Assembly: GCA_964416255.1 (NCBI GenBank)
Contig: CAYQDJ010000005.1
Span: forward strand, 5,304-69,303
Direction: 5' to 3'
Source: an uncultured Nitrospira sp.
GTDB lineage: Bacteria; Nitrospirota; Nitrospiria; Nitrospirales; Nitrospiraceae
DNA: 64,000 bases
Every line of letters begins with the position of its first letter. Position 1 is the first letter of the stretch. The translations under genes and the position numbers were made by a program. The notes under the pieces are model-generated. The model worked only from the letters and a program-made list of their open reading frames with translations, ran no database searches and was not told where the DNA came from. Shown here one piece after another: positions 58,673-64,000 of this stretch.

Positions 58673-59634
58673 GACCGACCCTCTCCGCCCGCTTGTTGCC
58701 CTTGAACCGCTTGAATGAAGAGATCTTCGAGGGAGCGCCGATGCGGCGTCACGGAGACCAAGTTCGCCTTGGCGGCACGGATGATGTCGAGCGCGGGATC
58801 CACATGGGACGGTTGCGCGAGCACCGCCATCAGGCGGTCGCCTTGGCGGACGAGTTTCTCCGTCAGCGGACGGAGATGATCCAACCCTTCCGGCGACAGC
58901 CGATCAATCACCAGCTCCACCGACCGGGTCGCCCCCTGATCGATCAAGTCAGCAACACGCCCGCTGGCCATCAGCCGGCCCTTCAGAATCATCGCCACCC
59001 GATCGCAAAGCAGCTCGGCGTCATGCAGGATATGTGAACTGAACAGCACGGTTTTTCCTGCCTCTTTGAGACGCAGGATCAAGTCCCGTACTTCCCGCCT
59101 ACCCACCGGATCAAGACCCGACATCGGTTCGTCCAACACCACCAGTTCCGGATCGTTGATCAAGGCCTGGGCAATCCCCACGCGCTGCAACATGCCTTTT
59201 GAAAATTTCCGAAGTTGCAGATTGCCGGCATGCGCCATCCCGACCAGCTCCAATAATTCATCCACACGGCTGCGCAGCGTCGACCCACCCAGCCCGAACA
59301 GATGACCATAGAACCTCAGAAATTCGCGGCTCGTCAGATAGTCATAGAAATAGGGAGACTCCGGAAGAAAACCCACCTTGCTTTTGGCCGCAACGTGATT
59401 GACCGGCCGGCCGAACAGGAAGGCGTTCCCGCCGCTTGGAGCGATCAGCCCCATCAGAATCTTGATGGTCGTCGTTTTGCCCGCGCCGTTCGGACCGAGA
59501 AATCCGAACACTTCACCTCGATGAACATCAAGACTGAGCTGGTCGACCGCCGTCACACGCCGGCCCCAAAACCCGACACGAAAGACTTTGCGAAGCTGGT
59601 CGATCCGGACAATCGAAGAATCCTGCCTGTCCAT
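58669..59634 (-). CDS. ABC transporter ATP-binding protein, PilH/XapD-like
   Basis: GPNGAGKTT, FSKGMLQR, LDEPMSGLDP, SSH. Confidence 0.92.
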   Translation of the reverse strand: MDRQDSSIVRIDQLRKVFRVGFWGRRVTAVDQLSLDVHRGEVFGFLGPNGAGKTTTIKILMGLIAPSGGNAFLFGRPVNHVAAKSKVGFLPESPYFYDYLTSREFLRFYGHLFGLGGSTLRSRVDELLELVGMAHAGNLQLRKFSKGMLQRVGIAQALINDPELVVLDEPMSGLDPVGRREVRDLILRLKEAGKTVLFSSHILHDAELLCDRVAMILKGRLMASGRVADLIDQGATRSVELVIDRLSPEGLDHLRPLTEKLVRQGDRLMAVLAQPSHVDPALDIIRAAKANLVSVTPHRRSLEDLFIQAVQGQQAGGEGRS

Positions 59635-59647
59635 CACGTTCTCCGTC

Positions 59648-60586
59648 CTACAGTCCCTGGTTTTTGTCCAAACGGAACACGGTGAGCCGCGTGGGATGAC
59701 TGCTGCTGGACACCGTGCCTGTCCGTCGGTCAAGTACATAGACGCCGCCGAACGGTTCTTCAGGAATGCGAGCGAGATAGCCGGCGGCCACCACATCGGA
59801 GAGGTGGGAGGGAAACGCCCCCCGCTGCTGACGATAGTGCGCGACGGCCTTCTCCAGCATGCGAAGATCCCGTTCGATCAGCACCTCCTTGGCGCGGGTT
59901 TCTAAGCGTTCCCGCATCGCCAAGCCTGGGTTTTCTTTCCACAGCGCCTCAAGAAATTCGAGAGCGACCTCGGGATTTCCGGCCTCCGCGTACATCCGCG
60001 TCGCAAGACCGGGAAGAAACTCCGGCGCCCCGACGGTTCGTGCTGCTCGTCCGATGTAGTCGGCCCCCTGAACGGCATCGCCCAGGACAAAATAATGGTT
60101 GTAGCCGAGCAAGAAGGGCAGGTTCCATTCCGCTGGATTCTCTTGGTGTCCCCGTTCGAGAAGGCGATTGCTCAAATCCACTCGGTTCCCGTGATTCGTG
60201 AGCACCACTCCGCCCACATAATAGGGATAGGCGTACTGAGGATCGAGCGTGGTGATCACGTCGACGGCATGATAGATCCATTCATGCTCTTCGTCGGAGT
60301 TATGCGTTTTACCCAACACCTGCAGCATCCGTAGCCACAGCAGATCGGCACCGACGTGGTGATAGCCGAGCAGCGCCGGTTTCAAATACTCTCCCCGAGG
60401 CAAGCGCGCCAGGTCTTCCAGCGTGACCCGGGCATGATCGGCACGGCGATCCAACTCCCTCTGAATCGCGACAAGAAGCACCGGCAGCATCAACAGGACC
60501 CCCCCGATCAAGATTCCGGTCAACGCGTATCTCAGGAGGTCGCGGAGCAGCGGACTCGTTGGGGGAAGCGTGAGCGGTCCGGTCAT
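59648..60586 (-). CDS. Membrane-anchored TPR-like pilus accessory protein (PilG/XapA-like position)
   Basis: N-terminal TM, ADLLWLR, TLDPQY, TPR-like helices, C-terminal YRQQRGAFP..L..VV..GYL..IPEEPFGG segment resembling a pseudopilin head. First gene after pilA. Confidence 0.65.
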   Translation of the reverse strand: MTGPLTLPPTSPLLRDLLRYALTGILIGGVLLMLPVLLVAIQRELDRRADHARVTLEDLARLPRGEYLKPALLGYHHVGADLLWLRMLQVLGKTHNSDEEHEWIYHAVDVITTLDPQYAYPYYVGGVVLTNHGNRVDLSNRLLERGHQENPAEWNLPFLLGYNHYFVLGDAVQGADYIGRAARTVGAPEFLPGLATRMYAEAGNPEVALEFLEALWKENPGLAMRERLETRAKEVLIERDLRMLEKAVAHYRQQRGAFPSHLSDVVAAGYLARIPEEPFGGVYVLDRRTGTVSSSSHPTRLTVFRLDKNQGL

Positions 60587-60615
60587 AAGAGTTGGCAGTG
60601 CGTCTGAAGCACAAG

Positions 60616-60645
60616 GTCCCGCCGGCTACTGTGAGCCGGCGGGAC
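60616..60645. terminator. Strong hairpin between pilA and the accessory genes
   Basis: Perfect 12-bp stem GTCCCGCCGGCT-ACTGTG-AGCCGGCGGGAC with a weak U-tract on the minus strand. Confidence 0.6.
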
Positions 60646-60683
60646 TCGTTGTTCACGAACCGTCTTACGTCAGTGTTGGCTGA

Positions 60684-61310
60684 CTAGAAGACGCCGGTCG
60701 TGCAATCCTGTGCACCGGTGCCATCAGCCGATGCCCACACGGAAATGAGCGCATCTCCATCCAGATTGCTGGCTGCCGACGCGCGGAAGCCTCCGGCAGT
60801 CACACCGGCATCATTGGCTCCAGTTTCGGCTGTGGTCAACGCGGCCGGAGTCAACACCGGTCCGAGACACGAGGTATACGCCGGAATGTAGGTGCCGGTC
60901 GCATATTGATACAGCACGTTTCCGGTCGGTTGAAAACCGAGGTCCGCAAAGGTCCCGAGAGTGACGCCAGCTCCGGAAGCCCCGACGCACCATCCTTGCG
61001 CACCGGCAGGCGTGACAACAGGACCCGCACCTCCAGGGAACCACGTCTGCGGAGCCGACTTCACGTTCGCTTGCGGGTTGGTCGTTGTCGGCCAGAGCGC
61101 GACGGTCAGATAGCAGCCCCGTTCACCCTGCCAGGACACTTCCGAAGTCTTGATCGCCATCAAATTGGTCTTGGCTTCCGACTGCCGAGACTTCATTTGA
61201 TACTGCAGGAAGTTGGGAATGGCGATGGCCGCCAAGATCCCGATGATCGCCACGACGATCATCAATTCGATGAGGGTAAAACCCTCTTGTTTGCGGAATG
61301 ACTTCAACAT
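60684..61310 (-). CDS. pilA: Type IVa major pilin
   Basis: SD AGGAGG, class III signal KQEG/FTLIELMIVVAIIGILAAIAIPNF, 198-aa mature chain with 4 Cys. Confidence 0.95.
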   Translation of the reverse strand: MLKSFRKQEGFTLIELMIVVAIIGILAAIAIPNFLQYQMKSRQSEAKTNLMAIKTSEVSWQGERGCYLTVALWPTTTNPQANVKSAPQTWFPGGAGPVVTPAGAQGWCVGASGAGVTLGTFADLGFQPTGNVLYQYATGTYIPAYTSCLGPVLTPAALTTAETGANDAGVTAGGFRASAASNLDGDALISVWASADGTGAQDCTTGVF

Positions 61311-61402
61311 ACTGCCTCCTTGTTGGTGGTTCACTGACGGCCCTTTCTGCTTGTTGCCTTTGGTCACCTGCGGCGCTCGTCTGGCCGCCTGCCCGGTTCA
61401 CT

Positions 61403-61420
61403 TAGCAGGTTCGGTGCCTA
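61403..61420 (-). promoter_or_regulatory. sigma54 (-24/-12) promoter of pilA
   Basis: Minus strand TAGGCACCGAACCTGCTA shows GG-N10-GC spacing about 95 nt upstream of the ATG. Confidence 0.7.
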
Positions 61421-61663
61421 TCAGTGGGAGATCCCAACATTAGCAGTCTCTTCTTAAAAGACAATGATTTACGAAAACTGCGCCCATCCTCGGTCCTTCG
61501 ATTCACCTGTGACGGTCTTCCACTTTCTGCACTGAGATGCCGAGAATTGGCACTTTCTGGTTCGATTGAAGGCAAACGTCCGGGGCGGGATTACACCAAT
61601 GAGACAACGCAATAAACAAGACAATGATGAGAATTGAGAATGCTGAGAGGAGCTATCGTGAAG

Positions 61664-63523
61664 CTAGGGCAACGCCTGTTCAGCCTGTATCTTCTCTGAT
61701 ACGCGGCGTTTGGCCTGTCGGATACGATCCTCAAACGCCGGATCGCCCATGCCCTGATCACGGAACCGCTGCAGGAGTTTTTCGTTGGAGGGATCAAGTT
61801 CGAGCGAATGGAGCCAGGCTTCACGGGCATCGGCCACCCGGTTTTGCTTCATATAAATTTCCCCCAAGTGCTCAAAGATCACCGGATCATCACCGACTAA
61901 AGCCACCGCGCGCTTGATTTCATGGAGGGCTTCGCCCAGCATGCCCGATTTATAGAAGGCCCAGCCCAAACTATCGACGTAGTAGCCGTTGTCCGGTTTC
62001 AGCGCCACCGCCTGCCTTGTGAGAGAAACCGCCTGATCGATCTTGATCCCGCGCTCTGCATAGCTGTACCCCAAGTAATTCAATGCGTCCGCGTGGTGAG
62101 GATCGAGCGAAAGAGCCGTCTCCATGGCACGGACCACATCCTCGAATCGGTCCAGCTTGTCGTACGCGGTGCCAAGATTGAAATACAGATCCGCGTGTTT
62201 GGGGTTGTGGCGAATGCCTTCCTCAAGGGCCTGAGCGGACTTGTTGGCCTGTTCGGACTGCAAATAGGCCAAGCCCAGCACCACATGCGCTTCCGGTTGC
62301 TTCGGATTGAGGCGAACGGCCTCGCCCAAATGAGTGATGGCCTCAGGGAATTGCTTCAGCCGATAGTGCAGGACGCCCAGGTGAATGTGGCTCTCCGGAA
62401 ATGACGGATCCAACTGCAGATTGAATTGATAAGCCGCCATCGCCTTGGGATAGTCTTTGATCTCTTCGTACAAATACCCGAGATAATCACGGACCTTGAG
62501 TTCTGCCGGCCTCGCTTTCAGGACGGCGTTGAGCTGTTCGATGGCCTTGGCATGGTCCTTCTTCTCGCCGTAAATGAGCGCCATCCGCAACTGCACGTCC
62601 AGATCGCCGGGATCTTCTTCGAGCATCTTTTGGAGTTCGGTCAGTCCGCCGGCATAGTCTTTGGTCGTGACGTACAACTGAATGAGATGCTGACGGATGT
62701 CCCTGTTTTTCGGGTTCACACGGTGCAGATACTTCTGCAATACTTCGATCGCTTTGTCTCTCTCATTCCGTGACTCATGGAACGAGGCTTGCGCCAGATA
62801 GGCCGGCTCAAACGCCGGATTCACGGCAATCGCCCGCTCGAAGCTAGCCACCGCCTGATCCGGCTTGCCGGCTTCGATGGAAATTCGCCCGAGGTAGTAA
62901 TAGCCGACCGGCGAATCGGTGGCGTACTGCAACCCTTGTTTCACGGCCTGCTCGGCTTCGGCTAACTGCTTCTGGTTGAGGAGAATAATCGCTTTGGGAA
63001 AGTACGTTTCTCCCCGATCGGGCTCGCGCTCGATGGCCGCATCCAACAGCCTCAAGGCTCGATCCGGTTTGCCGACGCTCGCGAGAATGCCGGCCATCTG
63101 CGTGAGGACGTGCACGTCCTGGCCGATTCCCGATCCCGCTTCTTCGGCGTATTGCTCGGCTTTGGGATGGTCACCCAGCCCGAAGTACAACCCGGCCAGA
63201 CGGGCCTTGACCTCGCGGGACATCGGATCCGCCTTGAGGGCCTCCAGGTATTCCCGGATGGCGCCTTCGGTGTCCTGCGCGAGCTCCGCCTGATAGCCCA
63301 ACATGAAGTGATAGGTGGCCGACGCATCCGGGCCGGGAGAAGCCGGCGGTTTTGCCACCGCGGCCATGGAAGAGGACGCCGTTTGCGGGGGCCGCTCGGG
63401 ATAGGGGGACGCCGCGCACGCCGTGATGATCACGGGGATTAATGACGCCACGAACCCGTTCCTGATCGCCGGAAAGCGACTGGGGGTCGGCAGGGAAAAC
63501 CCGAAAGTCCGTCGTCGTTGCAC
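61664..63523 (-). CDS. Multi-TPR lipoprotein
   Basis: Lipobox IITAC, many TPRs, ALNYLGYSYAE...YYVDSLGWAFYK motif. Start placed at GTG 63523, downstream of the promoter at 63569-63597. Confidence 0.88.
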   Translation of the reverse strand: MQRRRTFGFSLPTPSRFPAIRNGFVASLIPVIITACAASPYPERPPQTASSSMAAVAKPPASPGPDASATYHFMLGYQAELAQDTEGAIREYLEALKADPMSREVKARLAGLYFGLGDHPKAEQYAEEAGSGIGQDVHVLTQMAGILASVGKPDRALRLLDAAIEREPDRGETYFPKAIILLNQKQLAEAEQAVKQGLQYATDSPVGYYYLGRISIEAGKPDQAVASFERAIAVNPAFEPAYLAQASFHESRNERDKAIEVLQKYLHRVNPKNRDIRQHLIQLYVTTKDYAGGLTELQKMLEEDPGDLDVQLRMALIYGEKKDHAKAIEQLNAVLKARPAELKVRDYLGYLYEEIKDYPKAMAAYQFNLQLDPSFPESHIHLGVLHYRLKQFPEAITHLGEAVRLNPKQPEAHVVLGLAYLQSEQANKSAQALEEGIRHNPKHADLYFNLGTAYDKLDRFEDVVRAMETALSLDPHHADALNYLGYSYAERGIKIDQAVSLTRQAVALKPDNGYYVDSLGWAFYKSGMLGEALHEIKRAVALVGDDPVIFEHLGEIYMKQNRVADAREAWLHSLELDPSNEKLLQRFRDQGMGDPAFEDRIRQAKRRVSEKIQAEQALP

Positions 63524-63568
63524 GGTGCCTTTACACGAGACGCGTCGAAGAAGGGAACATTGACGTGG

Positions 63569-63597
63569 ATTATACCGAGCGATCGGACGATGCGCAA
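63569..63597 (-). promoter_or_regulatory. sigma70 promoter of the TPR lipoprotein gene
   Basis: TTGCGC-N17-TATAAT. Confidence 0.55.
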
Positions 63598-63603
63598 ACC
63601 GCT

Positions 63604-64000
63604 TCACACTTCGCGAAGGTCCAAACTCTCAAATTTTGCAAACCGGTCCTGAAAAAACAACTCCACCTTGCCGATCGGCCCGTTGCGGTGCTTGCTGACT
63701 ATGATATCGGCGATGCCTTTGCGCTCGGAATTCTGGTCGTATACGTCTTCGCGGTAGATAAAGACCACGACGTCCGCATCCTGTTCGATCGCTCCGCTCT
63801 CCCGCAAATCGGCCAACATCGGGACGGGTGGTTTCCGCGCCTCCACGGCACGGCTCAACTGCGACAAGGCCACGACGGGAACGTTGAGCTCCTTGGCCAG
63901 GGCCTTTAGGGAACGGGAGATATCCGAAATTTCCTGCTGGCGCGACTCCGCATCGCTCCGCCCTTGCATCAGCTGGAGATAATCGACCAGCAGCAGATCG
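63604..64000 (-). CDS. dnaB: Replicative DNA helicase, C-terminal part (5' end outside the window)
   Basis: [47 protein letters not shown]. Confidence 0.96.
   Translation of the reverse strand, partial: DLLLVDYLQLMQGRSDAESRQQEISDISRSLKALAKELNVPVVALSQLSRAVEARKPPVPMLADLRESGAIEQDADVVVFIYREDVYDQNSERKGIADIIVSKHRNGPIGKVELFFQDRFAKFESLDLREV

Noticed and set aside
61548-61563. TGGCAC motifs as sigma54 promoters (also near 6161, 30535 and 39164)
   Set aside because: They lack GC at the required GG-N10-GC position.
1-64000. CRISPR arrays, rRNA, prophage, transposases, toxin-antitoxin or defence genes
   Set aside because: No regularly spaced repeats or diagnostic motifs found on either strand by eye.

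Overview
64 kb of GC-rich bacterial chromosome made up mostly of housekeeping genes. Gene content and protein style suggest Nitrospira/Nitrospirota, but this is an inference because no rRNA marker is present. Left to right: a partial GT-C-like membrane protein and a carbamoyltransferase, a caspase-fold lipoprotein lacking its catalytic residues, a cytochrome c, a 187-bp inverted-repeat element, then rodZ-pilW-pfkB-mtnP-miaA-mutL, a tol-pal operon with two cpoB paralogues headed by tRNA-Val and tRNA-Asp, xerD, an LpoA-like protein, a probable site-2-protease remnant coupled to trpS, and an accessory block (lipoproteins, FGE-fold protein, Ycf46-like AAA ATPase, NlpC/P60, a 53-aa Cys4 protein). 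Next come a PstS-like and a PII-like gene behind gltBD, a polyprenyl synthase, DUF1015, an NtrC-type regulator, murU/amgK, GH57-galT, a tRNA-processing group (cca, ThiS-like, TtuA-like), dnaJ-like, marC, Spy-like, PepSY, ilvD, a DegT aminotransferase, a sigma54-type pilA locus with ABC accessory genes, a TPR lipoprotein and the 3' end of dnaB. There is no CRISPR array, prophage or transposase. I found no clear-cut new system. The best leads are the ubiquitin-like sulfur carrier with a capped di-Gly, the pseudo-caspase, about ten apparently leaderless or near-leaderless genes, the MITE-like element, the site-2-protease remnant and the pilin/ABC/aminotransferase locus. All family calls come from motifs read by eye, with no database search.
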